This document shows, in pieces, positions 18,017 through 28,975 of a stretch of 64,000 nucleotides of DNA. Position 1 is the stretch's first letter. Each line of letters opens with the position of its first letter. Below the pieces are notes generated by a model, which saw only the letters and a program-made list of their open reading frames with translations, made no database searches and was not told the DNA's origin. The position numbers were made by a program, and so were the translations under genes. Source of the stretch: Cyanobacteria bacterium CYA (GTDB taxonomy: Bacteria; Planctomycetota; Phycisphaerae; Phycisphaerales; UBA1924); assembly GCA_008363215.1 (NCBI GenBank), contig RHKP01000007.1:113713-177712 (forward strand), written 5' to 3'.

Positions 18017-19195
18017 ATGGTCACCGTACAGCGCCGTTTGAGATCCGTCGCCCGACGTGCCTGGGTGTGTTCTGCGCTTGTCATCGCCGCTGCCGGGTTG
18101 CTGAAACTGACAGATGTAGAAAGTTTCGCGGCGACGCTTTCGAGTTGGCGCGTCGTGCCTCCGGTAACCCGCTTTCCCGTCGCACTGACCGTGCTGGTGC
18201 TCGAACTCGGCCTCGGCCTTGCCGCCCTTGTTGGGCTATGGCGCTCGCGCGCCGTGTTGGGTTTGATGGCGCTTCTGGCACTGGTGACTTCGGTGTTCGT
18301 GGTGGAGTCGGTGGTTTCCTCTCCACCCACCTGCGGCTGCTTCGGGCTGATCTCGCGATGGCATGGTTCCCATCCGTCCGCCTGGTTGCTGCTTGGGCGA
18401 AATCTCCTTCTCCTTGGCATGCTCGTGCCGGCAGTCTTGACTCAGGACGCCTCGTCATCGCCGAAGTTCAGGCCTCTGGCGCAGTCACCCGAAGTCCTGC
18501 GTCGCGGCTTTTCGATCGCTGAGTTGCTCGTGGTCATCGCCGTCGTGGGCGTTCTCGTGGCGCTGGCGCTGCCCATGCTGTCACGCTCGATGAAAGAGGC
18601 TCGCAGCACGGCTTCGCTGGCAAATCTCAAGTCTCATGCGACCGTCGTCACGCTCTACTGCACGGACTCGGCTGATGTGTTCCCGTGGTTTTCCGACCCG
18701 GTGACATGGAATCTGGACCTCGAGTACGGCGATCGCGACTACTCCTACCCTCACTTCTTTCTCGCGCACGTCTGGGGCGTCGGTCTGGTCGACTATTACG
18801 AAGGCATCTGGCCGCACGCGGCCATGGCATACCCGGGCGTCCGAGAGGACTGCTCCTATTACCTGTCCAGCACATTGATGGCCTCGCCCGAGTACTGGGA
18901 CGGGCTTGCCCGAAATGGGCCGGAGCAGTGGAAGGCCCAGATGCTCCACAACGTGACGTTCCCCGGCAAGAAGGCGATGTTGGTCACGGCCATCGACTCC
19001 CAGTTCCCCTGGTGGTCGTTCAAGGGCCCGACCGCCGAGTTCGCGCTCGTCGATGGGAGTGCAGCCCGGTTCCCCGCCGCCCGCTTGATTGAGCCGCTGC
19101 TGACCGGCGACGGGCGCTGGTATGGCACGTACCTTCCCATCGGCGTCTACGGGCTGCACACGGTGCGCGGAGTGCAGGGACGGGACATCGAGTAG
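18017..19195 (+). CDS. Fusion protein: MauE/DoxX-like membrane domain plus a prepilin-type N-terminal methylation domain protein (DUF1559-like)
   Basis: The N-terminal ~150 aa have 4 TM helices and the TCGCFG motif characteristic of MauE. RGFSIAELLVVIAVVGVLVALALPML follows (G|F cleavage motif, E at +5), then a pilin-like globular part. Confidence 0.8.
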   Translation: MVTVQRRLRSVARRAWVCSALVIAAAGLLKLTDVESFAATLSSWRVVPPVTRFPVALTVLVLELGLGLAALVGLWRSRAVLGLMALLALVTSVFVVESVVSSPPTCGCFGLISRWHGSHPSAWLLLGRNLLLLGMLVPAVLTQDASSSPKFRPLAQSPEVLRRGFSIAELLVVIAVVGVLVALALPMLSRSMKEARSTASLANLKSHATVVTLYCTDSADVFPWFSDPVTWNLDLEYGDRDYSYPHFFLAHVWGVGLVDYYEGIWPHAAMAYPGVREDCSYYLSSTLMASPEYWDGLARNGPEQWKAQMLHNVTFPGKKAMLVTAIDSQFPWWSFKGPTAEFALVDGSAARFPAARLIEPLLTGDGRWYGTYLPIGVYGLHTVRGVQGRDIE

Positions 19196-19201
19196 CGTCG
19201 T

Positions 19202-19222
19202 TGTCCTGGCCGTCAACCGCGC
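19202..19222 (+). repeat. Right copy of the exact 21-bp direct repeat, TGTCCTGGCCGTCAACCGCGC
   Basis: Identical to 16344-16364. It begins 7 nt after the stop of the MauE-prepilin gene. Confidence 0.9.
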
Positions 19223-19485
19223 CGGAGCCCCCACGCGCTTCTTCGTGACGCACTCGATCCGCTGCCCTCCGGGACCGTTACGCCAGCAAGCCGTCAACCA
19301 GACCTTTGACCAGGTCGATTCTCGTGGGCAATCTGCCTTCGGGTGGACGCCGGACAACCGCGCACCTTGACCCACTCACGCGGGCCGATCGACAGTGGGT
19401 CGCGGCGTTCCTGAGTCTTCGGCCGGGGACGGGGCGTCTGCCGGCCAAGCGTCGGGCGGTGCACGAGATTCGGCAGGACTCCCTG

Positions 19486-20913
19486 TCACTCCGTTCCGGC
19501 TCTCAACTGACGTGGGCTTTCGTCGACCGTCTTGAGTTCGGCGATGGTGCGTGCGCTCGTGGCGCCGGCCTCTTCAAACTTGCGGAGCGTCGGCACCAGG
19601 CGCCCGTCGATCGAGCCGACCACCTCATTGTACTTCTTGCCCGCGCTGCCGATCAGTTTGCCCAGTTCGTCGATCTTCTGGAACGCGACGGCTGCACGCT
19701 CGTGCAACTCACGCCCCAGTGTGAACAACTCCGCAGCCTGCTCGGTGAGGCTGTGTTCGCGCCAGCCGACGGCCACGGCGCGCAGGAGCCCGATCAGCGT
19801 GCTCGGGCTTGCAAGGATCACCCCCTGCTGGCAGGCTTCGTCGAGCAGGGCGGGATGACGCTGCAGGGCCGCGTCGATGAAGTGGTCGCCAGGGACGAAC
19901 ATGACGACAAAGTCAGGCGACCCGTCATACTGCGACCAGTAGCGCTTGGCGCCCAGTTTCTTCGCCTGCTCGCACACGTGACGCGAAAAGCGTGACAGGT
20001 GTTCCTCGCGCTCGGAGTCAGACGCGGCGTTGCAGGCCTCGATGTAGGCATAGATGTTGGTCTTCGCGTCCACCGCGATGACGCGATCGTTGGGCAGGCG
20101 CACGATCATGTCGGGGCGCAGCATGTTGCCGTCGGCGTCGCGGACCGACGACTGCTCCTCGAAATCGCAGTAACTGGTCATGCCGGCCAGTTCGGCCACA
20201 CGCCGCAACTGCATCTCCCCGTACTGCCCGCGGATCTCAGGGCGGCTCAAGGCCCGCGTCAGGCGCGCCGTCTCGGCCCGCAGGCCTTCGCTCGACCCGG
20301 TGACGCCCTCCAGTTTCTCGTGCAGACGGGCGAAACTCTCCACACGCAGTTTCTCGATCGCATCGAGTTTCTCCCGCGTCGAGGCGAGCACCTCGTTGAT
20401 CGGTTTGACCAGGTCGCTCTGCTCCTTCTTCGCCGCCTCGAAGATCGGACGCACCTGCACCAGAAACTCCTCGCGCGACATCTTCAACGCGTCGCTGGTG
20501 AGCGCGCGAAAGGCGTCGGTCATGCGCTTTTCGATTGCAGCGTGCTCGTCGAGGCGCCGCGCAGCCTCTTCGAGTCGCTGCGAAAGTGACGCATTCTGCT
20601 TGCTCAGGTCGAGTACGCGCGCAGTCGAGGAATCGGCCCGGCCCAGCGCATCCCTGACTTCCCGATCCAGCCGCTCGCCCTCACGCTGCAACTGCTCGTG
20701 CGCGCTCTCCAGACGCGTGCGGGCTTCAGCAAGCGCACGCTCCGCAGACTCGCGCGCCCGTGTGGCCTCGTCCCGCGCGGCCACTGCGTCGGCCCGGTCC
20801 GCCAGGATCTGATCGCGAGCCCTCACCAGTCCGCGCCGCTCGGCCAACAGCCAGGCCGCCGCGCCCACGCCCGCCAGCGCCACGACCCCCAGCACCCAAG
20901 TCAATAGTTCCAT
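19486..20913 (-). CDS. rmuC: DNA recombination protein RmuC
   Basis: ATG at 20913 gives a TM start, MELLTWVLGVVALAGVGAAAWLL. A long coiled coil follows, then the RmuC nuclease-like core ...RPDMIVRLPNDRVIAVDAKT...FVVMFVPGDHF. Confidence 0.9.
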   Translation of the reverse strand: MELLTWVLGVVALAGVGAAAWLLAERRGLVRARDQILADRADAVAARDEATRARESAERALAEARTRLESAHEQLQREGERLDREVRDALGRADSSTARVLDLSKQNASLSQRLEEAARRLDEHAAIEKRMTDAFRALTSDALKMSREEFLVQVRPIFEAAKKEQSDLVKPINEVLASTREKLDAIEKLRVESFARLHEKLEGVTGSSEGLRAETARLTRALSRPEIRGQYGEMQLRRVAELAGMTSYCDFEEQSSVRDADGNMLRPDMIVRLPNDRVIAVDAKTNIYAYIEACNAASDSEREEHLSRFSRHVCEQAKKLGAKRYWSQYDGSPDFVVMFVPGDHFIDAALQRHPALLDEACQQGVILASPSTLIGLLRAVAVGWREHSLTEQAAELFTLGRELHERAAVAFQKIDELGKLIGSAGKKYNEVVGSIDGRLVPTLRKFEEAGATSARTIAELKTVDESPRQLRAGTE

Positions 20914-21174
20914 GCGGTGATTGTAAGGGGCGACGCGGCAACGGGCAGGCCGGCGATCGACTCTCATCACCCACAGGAAGGGCGTTCGGGATCAGAGCCG
21001 AGCCGCGGGCAGTCGCGACACCGTCCTGCCAACTTGGCACCCCGCAGCGGGAACCAGCGCGCCCGTGGCAGAGGGTGATGGAACCGAAGAAGGTGTCCGG
21101 ATCGCGCAAACAGCCTGTTTTCAAAGAGTTGCGCCCATGAGCGCTCCGGCATCATCTTTGCCGTCAAGCCTCCC

Positions 21175-21708
21175 GTGCGGAACGTGCGCCCACATCACGA
21201 TGCTCCCCTTCCCGAAGGCGGACAGGCCGCGGGCGATGCCCCACGCTCGCGGCTGAACCTGCTTCTGTCATATGCGGGGTTTTCGGCAGACTCGTGGGTC
21301 GATCGCCTGCCCCTGCTGCTCCAACCGCTGGGGGTTCACTCCCTGCGGGCGGAAAACTGCGCGGAGGCGACTCGGGTGATCCAGCACTTCCCGGTCCATA
21401 TCGCCGTGGTCGACCTCGGGCTCCCGATGGAGCAGTTGACAGCCCACAAGCCGGATGCAGGTGAAGCCGGCCCGCGGATTCTCGAACTGCTGCGCCGGCT
21501 CGATGCCCCGCCTCCGATCGTAGTGGTCAAGCCTGCGCGCTCGCACCGCGACGACGCGCGGCAGATCGCCGCCGCCCTGCGGGCCGGGGTGTACGCCGTC
21601 GTCGATCGTCCGCACGGGCAGGGCGACCTGGAACTGATGCTGGGGGTTTTGCAGCGCTGCCTGCGCCGGTTTTATCACAATCGCTGGCCCGGAACATCCA
21701 ACTGTTAG
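21175..21708 (+). CDS. Degenerate response-regulator receiver-like protein (pseudo-receiver); start uncertain
   Basis: HIAVVDLGLP (phospho-Asp position), GPRILELLRRL..PPIVVV and ALRAGVYAVVDRP follow receiver-domain spacing. The N-terminal acidic pair and the conserved Lys are absent. Confidence 0.55.
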   Translation: MRNVRPHHDAPLPEGGQAAGDAPRSRLNLLLSYAGFSADSWVDRLPLLLQPLGVHSLRAENCAEATRVIQHFPVHIAVVDLGLPMEQLTAHKPDAGEAGPRILELLRRLDAPPPIVVVKPARSHRDDARQIAAALRAGVYAVVDRPHGQGDLELMLGVLQRCLRRFYHNRWPGTSNC

Positions 21709-21783
21709 TTTGTCCGCCCGCCCGACCGGGGCCGGGAGGATTTTCGTCGCGTCACACCACCATCGGAGAATGGAGTTTCAAAC

Positions 21784-22104
21784 ATGGCAACCAAGACCAG
21801 GAAAGAAACCACCGTCGGCGTTCGTCCGCTGCACAACAAGATTCTCGTCGAGCGCGATGAGGCCGAAGGCCGCACCGTGTCGGGCATCTATCTGCCCGAA
21901 TCAAGCAAGGACCGCCCGAAGACCGGCACCGTCAAGGCCGTGGGCGACGGCTCGCTGAACACCGAAACGGGACAGCGCATCCCGCTGACCGTCAAGGCCG
22001 GCGACCGCGTGATCTTCTCCTCCTACGCCGGCACCGAGATCAAACTCGAAGGCGAGGAACTGCTGATTATGAAAGAAGAAGACATCCTGGCGATCATCGA
22101 CTGA
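21784..22104 (+). CDS. groES: Co-chaperonin GroES
   Basis: VRPLHNKILVERDEAEGRTVSGIYLPESSKDRPKTGTVKAVGDG...DRVIFSSYAGTEIKLEGEELLIMKEEDILAII. Confidence 0.97.
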   Translation: MATKTRKETTVGVRPLHNKILVERDEAEGRTVSGIYLPESSKDRPKTGTVKAVGDGSLNTETGQRIPLTVKAGDRVIFSSYAGTEIKLEGEELLIMKEEDILAIID

Positions 22105-22152
22105 TCTCGTGCCCTTCCGGATGCCGAGTGCCCGGTGCATGGTGCCTTCCTC

Positions 22153-22374
22153 ATGAACTCCGACCAACTTCGCAAAGCCCTCGCCGAACTCAAAGGTCAG
22201 CGCACCGCCACCTTTGTTCTCCACGGCGTGCCCGAGCCCAACACCTCACTCGCCGTTCGCAACGCGATGCTCGTGCCCGACGAGCCCGATCACCTGATCA
22301 AACTGACCGACGGGCAGAGCATCTTCATCCTCGACGCCGAACGCGTCGCGTACATCCGAATCGGTCTGCAGTAA
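22153..22374 (+). CDS. Small hypothetical protein inserted between groES and groEL
   Basis: 73-aa ORF MNSDQLRKALAELKGQRTATFVLHGVPEPN...IFILDAERVAYIRIGLQ (alternative start at 22135). It has coding-like composition and fills the groES-groEL spacer. Confidence 0.55.
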   Translation: MNSDQLRKALAELKGQRTATFVLHGVPEPNTSLAVRNAMLVPDEPDHLIKLTDGQSIFILDAERVAYIRIGLQ

Positions 22375-22381
22375 TACGTAG

Positions 22382-24061
<1,680 letters not shown>

Positions 24062-24088
24062 TCCAACTCTGTGCCTTCGGCTTTCCCG

Positions 24089-24124
24089 CAGGGGCCTGGC
24101 AGTTTGCCGGGCCCCTGTTCTTTG
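24089..24124 (+). terminator. Rho-independent terminator after groEL
   Basis: CAGGGGCC (24089-24096) pairs with GGCCCCTG (24110-24117) and is followed by TTCTTTGG. Confidence 0.6.
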
Positions 24125-24744
24125 GTCCCGGCAAACCCATGTCACCATGCTCGCTGCAGCGCGGCCACACCAGGTCTGGTGAAGGTCCGCACTTGGGCGC
24201 ACGCTCCCGCCAGACGGTGAGGCAGATCGAATTCAGGCGCCGCGGCAGGAGCGCGATCTGATCGCCGCGGACACCGACCGCCGCGCTCGCACGACCAGTT
24301 CCACCAGGGCTTCGACATCGGCCCCGGCTCGCTGCATGCCGCCATCGCCCACATTCTCGGCCCCACCCGCGCCTGGGCCGACATCCTCGCCGGCCACGAG
24401 CAGCGCGAGCCACTCGAAGCCCAGAGTCCGAGAACTTGTGAACAACCGGCGTCACTAGTTGACAGAATCCTCTCCGGCTTCCACCATCGCACCCAGCGCC
24501 CCAGCATGCTCCGCCTCCTCGGCGTCGAACGCCTGCTCCGCTCGGCCGTCGTCAAGTGGAGGCTCAAGGTCAACGCGCAAGGCTGATCGACAACTCGCGC
24601 GCTCTATCTCCTCCGGTGAATTCACCAATTCTGGTCATGGGTAGCCAGTTTTAGTTGCTTTCACCGAGCCGCGCGGTACCCTCCGATCAGCCAAGTGTAC
24701 CGTCGTGCATGTCGTGCGCGCGGCTCGAGAGAGAGGAGTTCCAT

Positions 24745-25254
24745 ATGTTGTCCCGTGTCACCTCCGTCGCTGTCTCCGTCCTCGCACCCATCGCCTGTGC
24801 GCAGATGATGGGTGAAACCATCACCGCCGAGTGGCACTACGGCGGGCTCGGTGCGCCGATCGAAGCCCATCAGATCGTCGTCGGCAACGGCGTTGAACTC
24901 ACCGCCGACGACATCCTCAACGACACCAAGTTCTCCATCGACCTGACCGGCAACACCGTCAGTTTCGCCTTCAACGCCGCGAGCTTTTGGTCGGTCAACA
25001 ACTTCAACGGCTGGTACTTCGCCGACACCAACGACACACTTCCCGACATCATCGGCTATCAGATCGGGTCCTTCAGCGGCACGGGCACTCCCGTCGTCAC
25101 GACCGGCTGGGACGACAACGCCTTCTGGGCCAACTTCCAAGGCTCCCAATTCTACGCCGGAGACGTCATCACCATGGAAGTGATCTTCGTCCCCGCGCCG
25201 TCGGCAGCGATGGCAGGCCTCATCGGCCTGGCCGCCCTCCGCCGCCGCCGCTGA
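24745..25254 (+). CDS. PEP-CTERM sorting-domain protein
   Basis: ATG at 24745 follows GAGAGAGGAG. The signal is MLSRVTSVAVSVLAPIACAQ. The C-terminal VPAPSAAMAGLIGLAALRRRR is a PEP-CTERM-type motif plus TM helix plus Arg cluster. Confidence 0.85.
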   Translation: MLSRVTSVAVSVLAPIACAQMMGETITAEWHYGGLGAPIEAHQIVVGNGVELTADDILNDTKFSIDLTGNTVSFAFNAASFWSVNNFNGWYFADTNDTLPDIIGYQIGSFSGTGTPVVTTGWDDNAFWANFQGSQFYAGDVITMEVIFVPAPSAAMAGLIGLAALRRRR

Positions 25255-25318
25255 ACGGCGCCTCGGGCGCTCGAGTCCCGCGTCCGACGCGGCGCAATCA
25301 ACCATCGGATCCATGCAC

Positions 25319-25351
25319 CACTGACCCGCCGTCGGGTCAGTGTGTGTTTTT
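25319..25351 (+). terminator. Rho-independent terminator
   Basis: CACTGACCCG-ccgt-CGGGTCAGTG is a perfect 10-bp stem followed by TGTGTTTTT. Confidence 0.75.
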
Positions 25352-25595
25352 CCCCTTCCGCACTTCAGAACATGATTGAGCGCCGGGCTCTGCGTTCCTT
25401 TGTCCTTCTTCCATGAAACCGGCAGGTGGCCCGGCCGGCTGCATCCAGGTGGATGCCCCACGCCGACCCGTCACCTCAAAATACCGACGCTGCACTCAAC
25501 TGACCCGTTCGCGATTCCCCTCCTGCTGCTCGCTGAATACTCTATGAGGACGCTGTCTTGCTCGCGCCGCTGGAACCAACCGCGCAGGCCGGTAC

Positions 25596-26804
25596 ATGGC
25601 CCGGACATTCGAGGTTGACCGCTGCAACCGTGCAGCAGGAGGCTCTCCAGTGCGTCGTTGGATCAAGCGACTCGGATTCCTGCTCGCCCTGCTGACCATC
25701 GCCGCGTTCATCGCCTACCAGCAGTTGTGGCGACCCGTCTCCGTACACGTGGTTGAGGTCGCCTCCGGCGACCTGGCGCTCGAAGTCACCGGCACCGGGC
25801 TGCTTGACGCACACCTGTCCGCAGTCATCTCCACCCGAATCGCCGGCCGCATCCTCAGCATCGACGTCGACCAGAACGACACCGTCGCTGCCGGTCAGGT
25901 CGTGTGCCGCCTCGATGACTCAGACCTGCTCCGCCAGGTAGAGATCGGACAGGCCAGTGTCGATGTCGCCGGCGCAGCCATCGATCGCGCCCAGACCGAC
26001 GTGGCGCGTTCCACCGCCGTACTCGAACTGGCTCGGCGCGATGCCAAGCGAATGCAGGAAGCCTCCCAGAGCGGCGCCGCCTCGGTCCAGGAAGTGGACA
26101 CCATCGTCCAGCAGGTCAAGATAGCCCAGGCCGACCTTGCCCGCGCCGAAGCCGGCCTGGTCGAGAGCCGGCGTCAACTCGCTGCCGCCGAGCGAACCCT
26201 CGACTTCTACCGCGCGCAACTGGACGACACGGTCATCACGAGCCCCTTCGCCGGTCTGGTCGTCCGGCGCGATCGAGATCCGGGTGAGGTTCTTGTCCCC
26301 GGATCGTCCATCCTCCGCATCATCGCCCCCGACCAACTTTGGCTCTCCGCATGGGTTGACGAAACGGCCATCGCTTCACTGGCGCCCGAACAGGAGGCCC
26401 GCATCGTCTTCCGCTCGCAGCCCGACCACGAGTATCGCGGGCAGGTCGTGCGTGTCGGGCTCGAGGTCGATCCCGAGAGCCGCGAGTTTCTGGTGGACAT
26501 CGCCCTGACCGAAGTGCCGCCCCGCTGGGCCATCGGGCAGCGCGCCGAGGCATATATCCAGACCCGCGTCCTGGCAGATGCCGTGATCGTGCCGGCCCGG
26601 TTCATCGCCGCACGCGACGGGCACATGGGTGTGTTCGTGCTCAGCGGCGACCGCGCCGAGTGGCGTCCCTGTGAGTTTGGACAGCGCGGGCGAGAGTACG
26701 TCGAGGTCCGCTCAGGCCTCCAGCCGGGCGAACGCATCGTGCGCGGCGCCGATGAGGCCTCCTCGCTCGCGCTGCGCCCCGGCAAAAGGGTCGTCCTCCG
26801 ATGA
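25596..26804 (+). CDS. Periplasmic adaptor (HlyD/MFP, DevB-like) of a tripartite ABC exporter
   Basis: TM anchor RLGFLLALLTIAAFIAY. Lipoyl-like IAGRILSIDVDQNDTVAAGQVVCRLDDSDL. A coiled-coil hairpin and a beta-barrel C-terminus follow. Its stop overlaps the next start (ATGA at 26801). Confidence 0.9.
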   Translation: MARTFEVDRCNRAAGGSPVRRWIKRLGFLLALLTIAAFIAYQQLWRPVSVHVVEVASGDLALEVTGTGLLDAHLSAVISTRIAGRILSIDVDQNDTVAAGQVVCRLDDSDLLRQVEIGQASVDVAGAAIDRAQTDVARSTAVLELARRDAKRMQEASQSGAASVQEVDTIVQQVKIAQADLARAEAGLVESRRQLAAAERTLDFYRAQLDDTVITSPFAGLVVRRDRDPGEVLVPGSSILRIIAPDQLWLSAWVDETAIASLAPEQEARIVFRSQPDHEYRGQVVRVGLEVDPESREFLVDIALTEVPPRWAIGQRAEAYIQTRVLADAVIVPARFIAARDGHMGVFVLSGDRAEWRPCEFGQRGREYVEVRSGLQPGERIVRGADEASSLALRPGKRVVLR

Positions 26805-28012
26805 ACCTCGCAGCCCGTGACATTCGGCACAATCTCGGACGATTCGTGCTCACCTCACTGGGCCTGGGCCTGCTCGTCGTCATCGTCATGGGCATGGGCG
26901 GCATCTATCGAGGCATCGTCGAAGACGCCACACTCCTGGTCGATCGACTCGATGCCGACCTGTGGATCGTTCAACGAGACACCAAGGGTCCATTCGCAGA
27001 GATCTCGCGCGTTCCCATCGCACTGGAAGACAGGGCCCTGGCCGTCCAGGGCGTCGCCTCCGCACGACGATTCGTCACCCACACCATCCAGCGCGATTAT
27101 CACGGACGACCGCTGCGCATGGCCGTCGTCGGTCTGGCATGGCCCCACGATCGCGGCGACTGGCTCCCCCTCCTCGCCGGACGATCCCTCCGGCAGGGCC
27201 ACTACGAGATGATCGCCGATCGCTCGCTCGGCCTGGCCCCGGGCCAACTCCTCCGCCTGGGAAAGGACGAGTACACCGTCGTCGGCCTCACCAGCGGAAT
27301 GGTGTCCTCGGCCGGCGATGGACTCGCCTTCTTCACCGCGTCAGACGCACTGGCGATTCAGTTTGACACCAGCCCCGAATCCACACGCCTCGAACGCGCC
27401 GCCCGACGGGCTCGTGCCGAACGCATCGACCTGGGCGCCACACAGCCCACGCTCTTCGAGCGGGCCAGGCTTCCAAACGCTCAGATCCCGGCCCTCGGGC
27501 CGCCCCAGGTCAGCGCCGTGCTTGTCAACGTCAAGCCCGGATACGACACCGCCGCCGTCGCCGCAACCCTGGACGCTTGGCCCGACGTGTCCGTCTTTTC
27601 CTCCGCCCAGCAGCGCCAACTCCTCCTCCGAGGCCCGGTCGACAAAGCACGTCGGCAGATCGGAATGTTCCGCACCCTCCTCGTCGTCATCTCGGCCATC
27701 ATCGTCGCACTCATCCTCTATACCCTCACTCTGGACAAACTCCACGACATCGCCCTGCTCAAACTCATCGGCGCGCGCGATTCACTGATCCTCGCCCTGG
27801 TGCTGCAGGAAGCCCTGATGCTCGGCGCGGCCGCCTACCTGATCGCCTACCTGGCCGCGCAACGCCTCTTCCCCCACTTCCCCAGGCGCGTCATCGTCAC
27901 CCCGGACATGTATCTCTGGCTGGCCGGCGCCGTCACCGTGATCTGCGTCCTGGGAAGCCTTCTTGGCATCTGGCGAGCCATGCGCGTCGAGGCGCGAGAG
28001 GTGCTCACATGA
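26801..28012 (+). CDS. ABC exporter permease (FtsX/MacB-type, DevC-like)
   Basis: N-terminal TM helix, a large periplasmic domain, then three C-terminal TM helices (FtsX-like). It overlaps the next start (ATGA at 28009). Confidence 0.9.
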   Translation: MNLAARDIRHNLGRFVLTSLGLGLLVVIVMGMGGIYRGIVEDATLLVDRLDADLWIVQRDTKGPFAEISRVPIALEDRALAVQGVASARRFVTHTIQRDYHGRPLRMAVVGLAWPHDRGDWLPLLAGRSLRQGHYEMIADRSLGLAPGQLLRLGKDEYTVVGLTSGMVSSAGDGLAFFTASDALAIQFDTSPESTRLERAARRARAERIDLGATQPTLFERARLPNAQIPALGPPQVSAVLVNVKPGYDTAAVAATLDAWPDVSVFSSAQQRQLLLRGPVDKARRQIGMFRTLLVVISAIIVALILYTLTLDKLHDIALLKLIGARDSLILALVLQEALMLGAAAYLIAYLAAQRLFPHFPRRVIVTPDMYLWLAGAVTVICVLGSLLGIWRAMRVEAREVLT

Positions 28013-28722
28013 ACACCGGCCCCCCGGCCATCGAGGTGCGCTCGGCTTGGCAGGTCTACGGGCAGGGCGAAACCCGCGTCGTCGCGCTGCGCGACGCTTC
28101 CCTCTCCATCGCCCACGGTGAAGTCGTCGCCCTGCTCGGGCCCAGCGGTTCGGGAAAGTCCACCCTCCTTTCCATTATGGGAATGATCGCCACCCCGACC
28201 TCCGGCGATGTGCTCCTCGACGGCCGGCAAATCGTCCGCGCCGGGCAGGCGATGGGTGATCTCCGACGCATCCGGCGCGAACACCTCGGTTTCGTCTTTC
28301 AAAAAGCCAATCTGATCCCCTTCCTCACCGCGATGGAAAACGTGCTCGTCGCCCTCGACATTGCCGACGTGCCCCCCGCCGCCGCTCGCGCACGCGCACG
28401 AGATCTCCTCGCCGCGCTCGGCGTGGCCGACCGCGCCCATCATCATCCCGCCAAACTCTCCGGCGGCCAGCAGCAGAGGGTCGCCATCGCTCGTGCTCTG
28501 GCCAACCGCCCAAGCCTGCTCCTGGCCGATGAACCCACCGCCGCCCTCGACGGCAAACTCGGTCGCCAGGTCATGGAACTCTTCCGCGATCTGGGACACA
28601 CCCACGGCGCCGGCGTCCTGGTCGTCACCCATGACCACCGCGCACTCGACGTGTTCGATCGCGTGGTCGAACTCGAAGACGGCATCATCACGCGCGATGA
28701 ACCTCGCCGCCCCGTCCACTGA
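28009..28722 (+). CDS. ABC transporter ATP-binding protein (DevA/MacB-NBD-like)
   Basis: GPSGSGKST (Walker A), LSGGQQQRVAIARAL (signature), LLLADEPTAALD (Walker B) and the H-loop VVTHD. Confidence 0.95.
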   Translation: MNTGPPAIEVRSAWQVYGQGETRVVALRDASLSIAHGEVVALLGPSGSGKSTLLSIMGMIATPTSGDVLLDGRQIVRAGQAMGDLRRIRREHLGFVFQKANLIPFLTAMENVLVALDIADVPPAAARARARDLLAALGVADRAHHHPAKLSGGQQQRVAIARALANRPSLLLADEPTAALDGKLGRQVMELFRDLGHTHGAGVLVVTHDHRALDVFDRVVELEDGIITRDEPRRPVH

Positions 28723-28975
28723 TCTCTCGACTTGCCGCCCTCCTGCCGCTCTCCGCCGCCCTCCGCCGCCCCGTGGCGCCGGCTGCTCCCACGCCCCCCA
28801 ACGCGGCAAGGACGCGCCCGCCACGTCCCCAAACGCCGAGGCAGGCGCCGTGGCGCACCCGGTCGGCCTGCCCATACAGGTGTCATTCGAGGCGTCGCGC
28901 CGGCTGCCCGTTCGGAGTCAAAGCGTCTGGCCACTGTGCATCTCTGCCCGCCGCCGGCCCCTACACTTCTCCGAT

